64,000 nucleotides of DNA, taken from positions 13,413 to 77,412 of the forward strand of contig WQYT01000001.1 in NCBI GenBank assembly GCA_009781115.1, read 5' to 3'. This stretch comes from Coriobacteriia bacterium. Lineage in GTDB: Bacteria; Actinomycetota; Coriobacteriia; WRKU01; WQUG01. The notes under the pieces are model-generated. The model worked only from the letters and a program-made list of their open reading frames with translations, was not told where the DNA came from and did no database searches. Below, piece by piece: positions 27,141 to 37,605 of this stretch (positions are counted from its first letter, which is position 1; the number at the start of each line of letters is the position of its first letter). Both the position numbers and the translations under genes were made by a program.

Positions 27141-27866
27141 TCAGCCTTCGCCGAGATAGGCCTTTCGCACATCCTCGTTGGCCATCAGCTCGGCGCCAGT
27201 GCCCTTGAGCTTTACGGTTCCGGTCTCCAGCACAAAGCCGTAGTCTGCTATCGCAAGCGCCAGGTTGGCGTTCTGCTCGATAAGCAGGATGGTCACACCT
27301 TCGTCATGGAGCTTCTTGATGATCCCGAAGATGATCTCTACGACCACAGGGGCCAGACCCATCGAAGGCTCATCAAGCATCAGCAGCTTTGGCTGCGACA
27401 TGAGTCCGCGACCCATGGCAAGCATCTGTTGCTCGCCACCAGACAGCGTGCCGCCCTTTTGCGACAGACGTTCCTCCAGACGGGGGAACAAGCTCATGAC
27501 CCAGTCGAAGTCTTTCTTGATGCCCGCGGCGTCCTTGCGCAGATACGCCCCCATCTCAAGGTTCTCGCGTACCGTCAAGTCCGGGAAGATACGGCGTCCC
27601 TCCGGTATCTGGATAACGTGGCGCGCCGTGACTTTCGAAGGGGCCATGCCGCCAATCTCTTCGCCCATAAAGCGGATTGAGCCTTCAACCGGATGCAGCA
27701 GACCAGAAATCGTGCGCAGGGTCGTTGTCTTACCAGCGCCATTAGCCCCGATGACCGTGACCAACTCGCCCTCGTTGACCGCAAACTCTATGCCGCGCAA
27801 AGCCTCGATCTTGCCATAGTGTACATGGAGGTTTTCAACCTTCAATAAATGTTCGCTGGATTCCAT
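27141..27866 (-). CDS. livF: Branched-chain amino acid ABC transporter ATP-binding protein LivF
   Basis: Walker A GANGAGKTT; LSGGEQQ signature. Confidence 0.85.
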   Translation of the reverse strand: MESSEHLLKVENLHVHYGKIEALRGIEFAVNEGELVTVIGANGAGKTTTLRTISGLLHPVEGSIRFMGEEIGGMAPSKVTARHVIQIPEGRRIFPDLTVRENLEMGAYLRKDAAGIKKDFDWVMSLFPRLEERLSQKGGTLSGGEQQMLAMGRGLMSQPKLLMLDEPSMGLAPVVVEIIFGIIKKLHDEGVTILLIEQNANLALAIADYGFVLETGTVKLKGTGAELMANEDVRKAYLGEG

Positions 27867-28757
27867 TTACGCCTCCTTTGTGTCGTCAGAGGCAGGAACC
27901 TCACCGGCGCTGTCTTCTTCTGTGGCCTGGCCAGATTCCGGCGTAGCTGCCGCCGACGCCGCCGCGCCGTTTTGATTGGCAATGATGGCTTCGGCGCCTT
28001 TGCCCAGATAAGCCTCGATCACCTGCGGGTTATTCTGAATCTCTTCCGGATTACCCTGAGCAATCAGTTTGCCAAAGTCCAGCACATAAATGCGCTCCGC
28101 GAGATTCATCACAACCTTCATGTCATGTTCGATCAAAAGAACCGTAAGCCCCCGGTCGCGCAGCCCAAAGATCAGATCATTAAGGCGCTTTGACTCAGTA
28201 GTGTTCATGCCGGCCGCCGGCTCATCTAAGCAGATGAGCTTGGGGTCGGTTGCCAGAGCGCGCGCGATCTCAAGACGACGCTGCGCCCCGTAAGGCAATG
28301 AGCTGGAGATTTCGTTTGCAAAAGGAAGGAGCCCGCAAAAGTCCAGGCACTCCTCAGCGTAGCGCTGTGATTCGCGCTCTTCGCGCTTAAAGGCTGGCGT
28401 GCGGAAACTCGCGCCCCAGGCCGTCTGCTTGGTGCGGATGTGGCGCCCGATCATCACATTCTCGAGCGCGGTCATCGACTTGAACAAGCGGATGTTCTGA
28501 AACGTACGTGAAATGCCCCACTCGGCGATCTTATCAGGCTTGACACCCGAGACCGACCGGCCTTCGAAGAGTATCTCGCCTTCGGTCGGTTTGTAAATGC
28601 CGGTCAACAGGTTAAAAAACGTCGTCTTTCCGGCGCCATTAGGTCCGATCAGAGAGACGATCTCGCCCGGATCAATGTACATGTTCACGCTATCGACAGC
28701 GCGCAGGCCGCCGAACTGAATCGTGGCGTCCTTCGCTTCTACCAAGTGTTCGCTCAT
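27867..28757 (-). CDS. livG: Branched-chain amino acid ABC transporter ATP-binding protein LivG (acidic C-terminal tail)
   Basis: GPNGAGKTT Walker A; ABC signature. Confidence 0.85.
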   Translation of the reverse strand: MSEHLVEAKDATIQFGGLRAVDSVNMYIDPGEIVSLIGPNGAGKTTFFNLLTGIYKPTEGEILFEGRSVSGVKPDKIAEWGISRTFQNIRLFKSMTALENVMIGRHIRTKQTAWGASFRTPAFKREERESQRYAEECLDFCGLLPFANEISSSLPYGAQRRLEIARALATDPKLICLDEPAAGMNTTESKRLNDLIFGLRDRGLTVLLIEHDMKVVMNLAERIYVLDFGKLIAQGNPEEIQNNPQVIEAYLGKGAEAIIANQNGAAASAAATPESGQATEEDSAGEVPASDDTKEA

Positions 28758-30022
28758 GCCGCATCACCTGCTTTCACAAGGTCGTCTTCTGCAAGAGCGG
28801 CAACCGAGTCCTCTCCTGCCACCTGGATCTTCTCATGCGCCTCAGTCGTGAGGAAACGCTTGGGACGTACCATCGGTATGATCCCATCCGGCCTCCAGGC
28901 CATCATGATGACCATGACCAGGCCGAGCACAAGGTTACGATAGTTCGATATGGTATCGACCACCGTCTGCGAAAGCGGCAACTGCCACATGATGAACGGC
29001 AGTCCCGAGGGGCCTGCGAACGCACGGATCAGCTCCGGCGTGCCGAAGATGACGACCGCGCCAATGATTACGCCCTTTGTTGAACCCATGCCACCGATGA
29101 CCACAATAGCCAGGACAAGGATCGACCCGAAGAACGCGAAGGTCTCCGGTGAGACGACGCCCTGAACATAGGCGAACAAAGCGCCTGCCACCCCGCCCCA
29201 GATCGCGCTCATCATGATGGCCGAGGTCTTGGTCTTGGTGGTGTTGATACCCATGGCGCGCGCCGCGATGTCATCATCCTTCAGCGCAGCCCACGCACGC
29301 CCGGTACGGGAGTTCTCCTGACGCCGCGTGATGATGATGGCAATGACAACGAACACCAGGATGATCAGGAACCAATAGACTTTCGGGGAGAACGTCAACG
29401 CATAACCGCTGTTCCCGAAAGGATAGTAGAATTTATTCTGAAGCCAGTCCAGGCCGATCGGATGCGGGAGATTCTTGCCCGCTGTCGGGATGCCGCCTGC
29501 CCCGCCGGTCAGGTTCAGGATGTTGTTCTGAGCACTGATACGTACGATCTCTGCCAGGCCGAGCGTAACGATCGTCAGATAGTCGCCCCGCAGCCTGAGC
29601 ACTGCCAGACTGAGGACCCCGCCAAGCACTGCCGCTCCCGCCACGCCCGCAAAGATCGCAACGATGAAAGACGCCCCTGCCAGAGAAGCCGGCAGCGCGT
29701 TTGCCACGAGCAAGCCGATGATCATACCGGCATAGGCGCCCGCCGCGTAAAACGCGATACGACCGAAGTCCAACTGGCCGGCATAGCCCACCAGAATGTT
29801 GAGACCCAAAGCAAGGATGATGTAGAGCCCGATGAGGGTGAGGATGCGCGTATAGATCTCCTGGCCCAATGCCGCGAATATGAACGGCACCAGCGCCATG
29901 ACGACCACGAGCGCTATCAGCAATATCGTTGTGGTCTTGCTGGTCTTGCGCGTATGAGCCGCGCCCTTCTTTTTGTCGGTAGCAGCGGAAGGCGTCGTCA
30001 TTTCTTTGATTTTTTCTGCCAT
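28754..30022 (-). CDS. livM: Branched-chain amino acid ABC transporter permease LivM
   Basis: Polytopic permease; operon context. Confidence 0.8.
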   Translation of the reverse strand: MAEKIKEMTTPSAATDKKKGAAHTRKTSKTTTILLIALVVVMALVPFIFAALGQEIYTRILTLIGLYIILALGLNILVGYAGQLDFGRIAFYAAGAYAGMIIGLLVANALPASLAGASFIVAIFAGVAGAAVLGGVLSLAVLRLRGDYLTIVTLGLAEIVRISAQNNILNLTGGAGGIPTAGKNLPHPIGLDWLQNKFYYPFGNSGYALTFSPKVYWFLIILVFVVIAIIITRRQENSRTGRAWAALKDDDIAARAMGINTTKTKTSAIMMSAIWGGVAGALFAYVQGVVSPETFAFFGSILVLAIVVIGGMGSTKGVIIGAVVIFGTPELIRAFAGPSGLPFIMWQLPLSQTVVDTISNYRNLVLGLVMVIMMAWRPDGIIPMVRPKRFLTTEAHEKIQVAGEDSVAALAEDDLVKAGDAA

Positions 30023-30024
30023 GA

Positions 30025-31017
30025 TTACACCTTCTCTACAACTGAACTACCGAGCAGGCCACCCGGACGGAATACCAGGATCACGATCAGGATCACGAAG
30101 GTCGCGACGTCTTTATAGGCCGCAGGCACACCGATCAACGAACCATAGGCCTGCGCCATCGCCTCGATGAAGCCGAGCAGGAACCCGCCGAGCATCGCGC
30201 CGCGCAGGTTACCGATACCACCGATGACCGCCGCAGTGAAACTCTTGATGCCGGGCATGAATCCCATGTTATAGGTCACGGTCCCGTAGTAAATGCCCGA
30301 GAACACACCGGCGATGCCGCCGAGCGCCGGGCCAATGAAAAACGTCAGGGCGATGACCGAGTTCACGTTGATGCCCATGAGTCCTGAGGCATCCTGATCC
30401 TGGCTGGTCGCACGCATCGCCTTGCCCACGCGCGTACGCGCGATGAACAGGTCAAGAGCGATCAACAGAAGGACCGAGGTCGCTACGATCATGATGCGGA
30501 CCGGAGTGATACCCAGGTGCATGCCCCCGCTGATATCTTTGACCGAGATCAGGTGCGGGAAGGGCTTGTTCGAAGCGATCCACAGCAGAACCGCGTTCTG
30601 CAGGAAGATCGAGACACCCAACGCGGAGATCAGCGGAGCCAAACGCGGCGCATGGCGCAAAGGCCGATAGGCAAAGCGCTCGGTCAACATCCCCAGACCG
30701 CCCGTTAGGACTGCGGCGACCGCCAACACGATAACAAGCAGTATGATCAAACCTGCCGTTGAGCTCGTGAAAAACCCGCGAAGGCTTTTGAGGAATGAGA
30801 GAAACGGGAGCACTTTGCAGATCGCATTTTGTGTTCCCGCGTTAGATAAGAGGAGCAGCGTCCCCAGGCCAATGTAAGCGCCCGACATGAACATCTCCGA
30901 ATGAGCGAAGTTGATCATGAGCAGGACTCCATAGACCATGGTGTAACCGAGAGCAATGAGCGCATACATGCCGCCCAACGTAATCCCGTTCACCAACTGC
31001 GCAAGAAAGTAATTCAT
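30025..31017 (-). CDS. livH: Branched-chain amino acid ABC transporter permease LivH
   Basis: Polytopic permease; operon context. Confidence 0.8.
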   Translation of the reverse strand: MNYFLAQLVNGITLGGMYALIALGYTMVYGVLLMINFAHSEMFMSGAYIGLGTLLLLSNAGTQNAICKVLPFLSFLKSLRGFFTSSTAGLIILLVIVLAVAAVLTGGLGMLTERFAYRPLRHAPRLAPLISALGVSIFLQNAVLLWIASNKPFPHLISVKDISGGMHLGITPVRIMIVATSVLLLIALDLFIARTRVGKAMRATSQDQDASGLMGINVNSVIALTFFIGPALGGIAGVFSGIYYGTVTYNMGFMPGIKSFTAAVIGGIGNLRGAMLGGFLLGFIEAMAQAYGSLIGVPAAYKDVATFVILIVILVFRPGGLLGSSVVEKV

Positions 31018-31054
31018 AAAAACTGGTTCCTTTGCCCGCGTCTACCTGACAACA

Positions 31055-31089
31055 CGCGGAGGGGACGCCAGGACCGGCGCCCCCTCGCG
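31055..31089 (-). promoter_or_regulatory. Intercistronic GC-rich hairpin between livK and livH
   Basis: CGCGGAGGGGACGCC-AGGACCG-GGCGCCCCCTCGCG, ~13-bp stem; typical binding-protein/permease attenuating hairpin. Confidence 0.35.
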
Positions 31090-31122
31090 CATTAAAACGA
31101 TTGTACTACGAATCGACTTATA

Positions 31123-32334
31123 TTACTGCTCTGGCTGAGCTTCCCATTTGCCATTAACGACCTTGTAGAGCGTGATGACACGGTTGTTGTTGTCGCCCTT
31201 GTTGTCGAAGGAGACTTTACCGGTCACGCCATCAAAGTCAGTAGCGGCAACCGCTGCGAGCAGCGCATCACGGCCAGCCGGTGAAGTGACCTTGTTTACG
31301 CCGAGATCCTTGGCGACCTTGTAAGTAGCGTTGATGATTGCGTTGGCTGCGTCATACGCGTAGGCGTCGAACGGAGCTGGCTGCTGACCAGGGAACATCG
31401 CTACGTAGTCTGCTGCGAACTGCTTACCATTGGGGAGCAGCTCGACCGGCATACCTGGGCAGGTGGCAAAGTTACCCTCAGCCGCATCAGCGCCTGCACC
31501 GGTGATGAACTCAGGAGCATAGAGGCCGTCGCCGCCCATCATCGGAACTGTAACGCCACCGCTCTTGAGCTGCTTGGCGAACAGAGCGCCCGCGCCCGTA
31601 TCAGGAGCATAGGTGCCGCCGAAGTAAACCAGATCCGGCTTAGCTGCAGCGATCTTGGTCACGAGAGCCGTGAAGTCGTTCTGCTTCTGCTGAGTAGCAT
31701 CTTCGAATACGACCTTGCCGCCATTCTTGAGGAACTCATCCTTGAAAGCTTTGACAAGACCCTGGCCATACGGGCTGGAGTCATTGACGATTGCCACGTT
31801 CTTGAAGCCGAGCTTGTTCGCACGATCAGCGCCCGTGGGACCCTGGAGGTCGTCGGTCGCGCAGGTGCGGAATACGTTCTTGAAGCCCTGCTTGGTCAGA
31901 TCCGGGTTAGTCGAACCATAGCTGATCTGGACGAAGTTGCTCTGGTTGTAAACCTTTGAAGCCGCGATCGAAACGGTCGAGTTGAAGTGACCGACTACGC
32001 CGACCATATTCTTGTCAGAAACGAACTGGTTGGCGACCGTCGTGCCAACGTCAGCAAGACTCTGGTCGTCGCCTGAGATGACCTTGAACTGGATACCGGC
32101 ATCCTTGGCTTCCTGGCTCTTGTTGGCATTCTCGATCGCCAGCTTGGTCGCACGCTCGCCACCCTGGCCAAAAGATACGTCGCCCTGGGTAAGAGGGCCA
32201 CCAAAGCCGATGTTGAACGTCGTGGTGCCACCGCTGGTGCCACCGCCACCGCCTGTACCGCAGCCGGTCAGCGCCAGTGCGAGCGTCAGCAGCGCGGCCA
32301 TCACGCCGACGACTATCCTGTGATTTCTCTTCAT
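31123..32334 (-). CDS. livK: Branched-chain amino acid ABC transporter substrate-binding lipoprotein (LivK/LivJ family)
   Basis: Lipoprotein signal LTGC; periplasmic binding protein type I fold sequence features. Confidence 0.85.
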   Translation of the reverse strand: MKRNHRIVVGVMAALLTLALALTGCGTGGGGGTSGGTTTFNIGFGGPLTQGDVSFGQGGERATKLAIENANKSQEAKDAGIQFKVISGDDQSLADVGTTVANQFVSDKNMVGVVGHFNSTVSIAASKVYNQSNFVQISYGSTNPDLTKQGFKNVFRTCATDDLQGPTGADRANKLGFKNVAIVNDSSPYGQGLVKAFKDEFLKNGGKVVFEDATQQKQNDFTALVTKIAAAKPDLVYFGGTYAPDTGAGALFAKQLKSGGVTVPMMGGDGLYAPEFITGAGADAAEGNFATCPGMPVELLPNGKQFAADYVAMFPGQQPAPFDAYAYDAANAIINATYKVAKDLGVNKVTSPAGRDALLAAVAATDFDGVTGKVSFDNKGDNNNRVITLYKVVNGKWEAQPEQ

Positions 32335-32654
32335 GTACGTCCTCCTCTACTACTTTTACCGTCGTATTCTTTCTGAATAAAACGCACCACCGGATATGAA
32401 AGTTCCCGATAGTACTAAAAACAATAGCACAGTATTACTAAACAAACAATGAAGAAAAACTTAAGTATCTGCCTGAACGGCAGAAATTGCCGGTTGTAGT
32501 CCTGTGTAGAGTCGCAAAACCGGGGCTGGAGCTGAGAGGCTGGATCCTGCGACGGAGCCTGCGCTGCGCGTAGTCGCAGTGCGCAGGATGACCGGGTTGG
32601 GAACGCAGGGCAACCCGGGTTGGGATGCGTGGGATGGCTGGGTTGGGCGGGCTG

Positions 32655-33896
32655 TTACTTCCAGTCGTAGCGGCGGGCGGCAACTACTTGTGAGGGGTCG
32701 TGTATCTTGCTGATGCAGACGTTCTTGCCCGCATAGGGCGCCTCGATATAGTAGCCGCCGCCAAGATACAGGGCGACATGGTGGATGGGCGACCCAAAGA
32801 AGATGACGTCGTTTTGTTGCAGGGGGCCTGTGACCGGCGTGCCCACCTGCGCCTGCGCCGCACTGTTATGGGGGAGCTTGACCCCGTGCTGGGCAAAAAC
32901 ATACATCATCAGCCCGGAACAATCGAATCCCGCGGGGCTTGCGCCGCCCCACACATAAGGGACGCCGATATAGGTCAGCGCCGTCGCCGCGGGGCTGTTT
33001 GGCTGGATCTTGACGTCAGCAAGCTTGCCGGAGGCAATCGCATACGCCAGCTGGCTCTCCTGCTCGTTGCTGATCTGGAGCGTCCGGTCATAGAGCGCGC
33101 GCAGCGTTGCGCTCTGATTCTTCAGGCTTTCCTGACGCTGGGTGTTGCGCGCCTCGATCTCGATCTTGCGCGCCTTCAGCTCGAACTCAAGGCTCTGGGC
33201 GGTAGCCTGATTGCTCTTAAGCTCTGCCAGCGTATCTGAGAGCGCGGCCTTTTTGTCCCGCAGCGTAGAGATGAGGCGCGTATCCATGTCATTGACGGCC
33301 CTCAGGTACTCAAGGCGCGAGTAAAAATCACTGAACGAGGAGGCGTCAAGCAGCAGCTCGAACGTGCTGTAGCCGCCGTCGCGATAGGTCGAGGCGGCGC
33401 GCTGCCCAAAGTCGTGCGCCGCAATATCGTAGGCCTTCGCAAGCACCTCGTAGTTATTCTGCTGGATCGTGATGTCGGTATTCAGGCTCTCAAGCTGCCC
33501 CTGCGCGGCGTTGTATTGCTCAGAGGCAATCTCGGTCTCCTGATTGATGGCGTCAAGCTTCTGGTACAGCGCCAGCAGAGCGGACCGCTGCTTTGCCGTG
33601 ATCTGCGGCAGCGCGTCGATAGCGGCCTGTGCCTGGAGCTGCGTATTGCTGCCCGAGTCGCCCTGCCCGATGATCTCTGTGCCGATAGCCGGCGCAGAGG
33701 GAAGCGGAGCGGCGCCTGCGCGGGCGGGGGCGGCAAGCAGGGGCAGGGCCGCGGGCGCCGCTGCCAGCACGGTCGCCAGCAGCAGGGCCAGCGCGCGCCG
33801 CAGCGCAGCGACACCGCAGCTGTGGCGCGCGGGCAGGACCACGGGCGCGATGCACCCGCTCCCGTGGCTCTGTTGGCAGCGCTGGCTCCGCATCAT
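32655..33896 (-). CDS. NlpC/P60 (C40) peptidoglycan endopeptidase with N-terminal coiled-coil region (RipA-like)
   Basis: C-terminal NlpC/P60 (GFDCSGLMMYVF...H...). Start chosen at ATG 33896 with AGGAG RBS just after the upstream stop; track start 33965 would overlap the upstream gene by 65 bp. Confidence 0.8.
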   Translation of the reverse strand: MMRSQRCQQSHGSGCIAPVVLPARHSCGVAALRRALALLLATVLAAAPAALPLLAAPARAGAAPLPSAPAIGTEIIGQGDSGSNTQLQAQAAIDALPQITAKQRSALLALYQKLDAINQETEIASEQYNAAQGQLESLNTDITIQQNNYEVLAKAYDIAAHDFGQRAASTYRDGGYSTFELLLDASSFSDFYSRLEYLRAVNDMDTRLISTLRDKKAALSDTLAELKSNQATAQSLEFELKARKIEIEARNTQRQESLKNQSATLRALYDRTLQISNEQESQLAYAIASGKLADVKIQPNSPAATALTYIGVPYVWGGASPAGFDCSGLMMYVFAQHGVKLPHNSAAQAQVGTPVTGPLQQNDVIFFGSPIHHVALYLGGGYYIEAPYAGKNVCISKIHDPSQVVAARRYDWK

Positions 33897-33900
33897 CGCA

Positions 33901-35916
33901 TTACTCCTGAGCAGCCTCACGGGCAAGTTGCGCGGCCTGCTCTTCATGGCGGCTGTACTCATCAAGGCCGTCTGTGCCGGTCGTAGCGCTCACGGGATAC
34001 TTGTCGGCGCCGGCGTTTTCGATCGCGCGCACGTAGCTGTAGGGCACCTGCACCGTTGCGACGTCACGATAGCCCCGCAGCGCCATAGATATCGCCAGAG
34101 TGGTCTGGTTGTGCAGCAGATTGTCGTAGAGGTGCTCCACAACAACCCGGCTCATGACGACTGCGATCGAGCCCCCCGGTTGCAGCTGGTCAACTGCAAC
34201 GTCCAGGTAATCTTCGATCGTCCCGACGATATTGCGATAGGGACAGGGCAGCACCTGCAGCGCAATCCCGCGATCCAGGCCGTAGTCATGCCAGGCGGAT
34301 TGCAGGCGCTCGGCATACTCCTCATCGGTGGCCACATGCAGGGCAATGACATTGCCCGAGATCTGGTTGGCAAAGTTCAGGAGCTTTAAGACCGGGCGAG
34401 TCAGGCCATTGACCAGCACCAGGCAGAGAAAATGATTGTCCGTGTCGCAGCGACGATAGCGCCGGAGAAACTCGCGCCGGGTGATCTGCATCGAGCCCTT
34501 CACGTGCGTATAGTGGCGATGGATCACCTCCATCAGCAGCACAAGCAAGGGGATTGCCACCGCAAGAATCCACGCCCCGTGCGAAAACTTCATCAGGAAC
34601 ACAATGACAAAGGTCACGCCCGTAAGCACTGCTCCAAAGGCGTTGATGAGCATCTTGGTCTGCCAATGGCGCTCTTTATCACGCACCCACTTGCGCACCA
34701 TGCCCGCCTGCGACAGCGTAAACGAGATAAACACGCCCACCGAATAAAGCGGGATGAGGCGATTGACGTCAGCCGCAAAAGCTATGACCAGAATGGAGGC
34801 CGCGACCCAGAGAAAGATGATGCCATTTGACAGCGTGAGCTTGGCGCCGCGGTTGGTGAACTGATGCGGCATGAAGCTGTCGCGCCCCAAAAGCGCCAGC
34901 AGATTGGGCAAATCGGTGTAGGCGGTGTTTGCCGCCAGCACTAAGATGAGTGCCGTAAAGACCTGCAGCAGGTAGAAGAGCGGGTTGTGTGCGCCAAAGA
35001 CCGCACGGCCCATCTGGGCGATGACCGTGATCTTTTCGATCGGGACGACCTTGATCCAGGTGGCCAGGGTAACTGAGCCGGAGAAGATGAACAAGATGAT
35101 GGCCGCCAGCGCAACCAGCACAATGCGCGCGTTGCGGGTTGCGGGCTTTTTAAACGAGGGGACCGAGTTGCTGACCGCTTCGATACCGGTCAAAGCCGAA
35201 CAGCCCGATGAAAAAGCCCGGAAGAGCAACACCACAAAGGCAAAGCCCATAATCGGTTGCAGGAGGTTTGCCTGCTGCACGTGGGCATACTGCAAGGGCG
35301 TGATACTGCCCGTGGCCAGACGAAAGATACCGGTAGTGATCAGGGCAATCATCAGCACGATAAAGCCGTAGGTCGGGATGCCAAAGATGCGCGAGCTCTC
35401 CTTTGAGCCGCGCAGATTCAACAGCGTGATGAGCGCGATGGCTCCCAAAGCAACCACTATCCGGTAGTTGAAGAGCTCCGGAAAGGCTGAGGCAATTGCG
35501 GCAGAGGCGGAGCTGATGGAAACCGCCACGGTCAGCATGTAGTCTACAACCAGCGATCCGGCCGCGAACAGCGAAACGTTTTTGCCAAAGTTGTCCTGAG
35601 AGACCGTGTAGGCGCCCCCGCCGCTGGGATAGTGCTTGATCGTCTGCAGGTAGCTGAACGCCAGAACAACCAGCAGCAAAATAATGGGGGCCGAGACCCA
35701 GGGCAGAAAGTTGGTGGCAACAAGGCCGATGGCCGGCACCAGCACGAGCAGGATCTCCTCGATTGCATAGGCCACCGAGCTGACCGCATCCGAGGCCATG
35801 ATCGGCAGGCCCCAGTACCAGGTGAGCTTCTGTTCTTCAAGCCCGCCGCTTGCCAGAGGCTTACCCAGAACATGCGCTTTCACGCGCTCATACATCGACA
35901 CGCTGTGATGTTGCAT
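33901..35916 (-). CDS. KimA/YdaO-like APC-superfamily cation (K+) transporter with C-terminal cytoplasmic domain
   Basis: N-terminus LGKPLASGGLEEQKLTWYWGLPIMASDAVSSVAYAIEEIL closely resembles the KimA N-terminus; 12 TM APC fold. Start ambiguous (35916 or 35895). Confidence 0.7.
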   Translation of the reverse strand: MQHHSVSMYERVKAHVLGKPLASGGLEEQKLTWYWGLPIMASDAVSSVAYAIEEILLVLVPAIGLVATNFLPWVSAPIILLLVVLAFSYLQTIKHYPSGGGAYTVSQDNFGKNVSLFAAGSLVVDYMLTVAVSISSASAAIASAFPELFNYRIVVALGAIALITLLNLRGSKESSRIFGIPTYGFIVLMIALITTGIFRLATGSITPLQYAHVQQANLLQPIMGFAFVVLLFRAFSSGCSALTGIEAVSNSVPSFKKPATRNARIVLVALAAIILFIFSGSVTLATWIKVVPIEKITVIAQMGRAVFGAHNPLFYLLQVFTALILVLAANTAYTDLPNLLALLGRDSFMPHQFTNRGAKLTLSNGIIFLWVAASILVIAFAADVNRLIPLYSVGVFISFTLSQAGMVRKWVRDKERHWQTKMLINAFGAVLTGVTFVIVFLMKFSHGAWILAVAIPLLVLLMEVIHRHYTHVKGSMQITRREFLRRYRRCDTDNHFLCLVLVNGLTRPVLKLLNFANQISGNVIALHVATDEEYAERLQSAWHDYGLDRGIALQVLPCPYRNIVGTIEDYLDVAVDQLQPGGSIAVVMSRVVVEHLYDNLLHNQTTLAISMALRGYRDVATVQVPYSYVRAIENAGADKYPVSATTGTDGLDEYSRHEEQAAQLAREAAQE

Positions 35917-35973
35917 ATGCTCCCGTTGAATCCTTCCTCTACTGAAATAAGTGCAGAAACAGGTAATCTCCTA

Positions 35974-37605
35974 TTATATCAGGTGGTCAGCTTTCAGCGC
36001 CGCGATCAGGCGCTCAGTATTGCGCCCGTCGTGGTAGGTGACCAGATGCCGAAAACGCCGGATGAACTCCGGGTCCTGCGGCTTGCCATACCGGGCGCAG
36101 ATGGCCTGGCCAAGCTCTTCTGAGTCCCGGCAGACCTCCCCAAACGCATGATCTTCGTCCAGCATGAGTGGCGCGCCGTACTGCTGCAGGCACTCTTTAA
36201 TATCGCGCCAGAAGAACAGCACGTTACTGCCCCCGCAGTACGCCGCAAAAGAGGCCGAAGAGTAGTCGGTAATAAACAGCGAGCATTCGCGCAGCAGATC
36301 ACAGTAGCGGTCGAAAGCGGGGATGTGCTGCGCCAGGTCACTCGCGCGAAACGCCTCAAGCATCAGGGGATGCGGCAGTATCCACACCTTCTCCTGCAGA
36401 GCGGAAGGAACGCTTTCATACATCGCGCACAGCAGCCGGTAGTAGCCCGTCTGCTCAGGGGCGACCCGCGCCTGGTTAAACTCCCATTCGCGCCAGGTGG
36501 GCATCAGGATGATGTGGTCTGCGCCCGGCGCCATCTCGTAACGATCATAGTCTGGCAGCCCGGTAACGTAGAGGGCGTCCGGGGCGTAATTGGCCCCTTC
36601 GATGAAGTGCTGAGCTTCTGTCTGCGAGGAGACCACAATGCGGTGAAAGCGATACGAGCGGATCCCCTCGCGAAACACCTGCCGCAAGGGTGAAGCAAGA
36701 GACACCATGTACATGACGCCGTGCTGCAGGAAGACAAAACGGTTGTGCGGGCCGTTAGCTTTGCGCTGCACAACGGGGCTTGCCGCGCGCGGCTCCAGTG
36801 CATGCTGCAGGCCCTCGGTCCCAAAGTAGGTGCGGCAGGCAAAGAAGTGATAGTAGTGGCGCAGCGTGAAGGCATTGATGATGCGGCCACGACAGTTCGC
36901 CGGCACAAAGCGCGTCTGAGAGCTGCGCTGATCCAGAAGATAGTACGCCTGCTGATTGTCCTCGGCACACAGGCGCTCGAACAGGACCGCCGCAGACTCC
37001 CCATAGCCCTGCAGCTCTTTTTCATAAAGCAGCACCTCGCGCGAGCGGGGGGCAACGCAGGCAAGCGCATGGGCCACCTGCAATTTGAGGCGCTCGCGCA
37101 GCGGGTCAGTGCGATTGATCTTGCGCTGGCACAGCACCAGCGCGTTTTGCCGGGTCTGCCTGAAGTACAGGCTCAGCCCACGGGCGTGGTCAACATGAAT
37201 CCGGCCATGACGATACCGCCCGTGTTTTGCGTTGAGCAGATCGTAGACAAAGGGCACGCGCCAGGTGCGCTGCGGCGTGACGATTTCGAAGTTGAGCGGG
37301 TTATTGATGGTCAGATCAGAGCGCTGCGGATCGTCAAGGTCAATGCTGACCCGCATAAAGTTGAAGTGGAGTTTAGTGCCCGGCACGCGCAGGCCCCGGC
37401 GCAGCGACATGCGCATCCTGAGCGGAACAGCGCCCGCAAACAGGCGTGTCTGCTTGAAGTCGATGCCCACAGCGGTCTTGTCCAGGTAGGCGCACAGCGC
37501 AACATAGCCAAACCGGCGCTTTGTCTTCCAGAAAAAGGGCAGGATGTTAGCAAAGACGAGCGTCTGCAGCCAGTCAAGGCTGAGCAGCTCTTCAGTCAGA
37601 TCCAT
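35974..37605 (-). CDS. CDP-glycerol glycerophosphotransferase family protein (TagB/TagF-like)
   Basis: Glyphos_transf-type motif MPTWREWEF; start at ATG 37605 with AAAGGAGG RBS. Confidence 0.7.
   Translation of the reverse strand: MDLTEELLSLDWLQTLVFANILPFFWKTKRRFGYVALCAYLDKTAVGIDFKQTRLFAGAVPLRMRMSLRRGLRVPGTKLHFNFMRVSIDLDDPQRSDLTINNPLNFEIVTPQRTWRVPFVYDLLNAKHGRYRHGRIHVDHARGLSLYFRQTRQNALVLCQRKINRTDPLRERLKLQVAHALACVAPRSREVLLYEKELQGYGESAAVLFERLCAEDNQQAYYLLDQRSSQTRFVPANCRGRIINAFTLRHYYHFFACRTYFGTEGLQHALEPRAASPVVQRKANGPHNRFVFLQHGVMYMVSLASPLRQVFREGIRSYRFHRIVVSSQTEAQHFIEGANYAPDALYVTGLPDYDRYEMAPGADHIILMPTWREWEFNQARVAPEQTGYYRLLCAMYESVPSALQEKVWILPHPLMLEAFRASDLAQHIPAFDRYCDLLRECSLFITDYSSASFAAYCGGSNVLFFWRDIKECLQQYGAPLMLDEDHAFGEVCRDSEELGQAICARYGKPQDPEFIRRFRHLVTYHDGRNTERLIAALKADHLI

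Noticed and set aside
26623-27208. ORF-track ORFs (26623..27084, 26712..27071, 26747..27208, 26879..27172) with repeated peptides such as GRCQDRVGCPVPTAH
   Set aside because: They are translations of the 45-bp DNA tandem repeat / REP array in an intergenic region. Repeats in all frames and both strands argue for non-coding repeat DNA, not protein.
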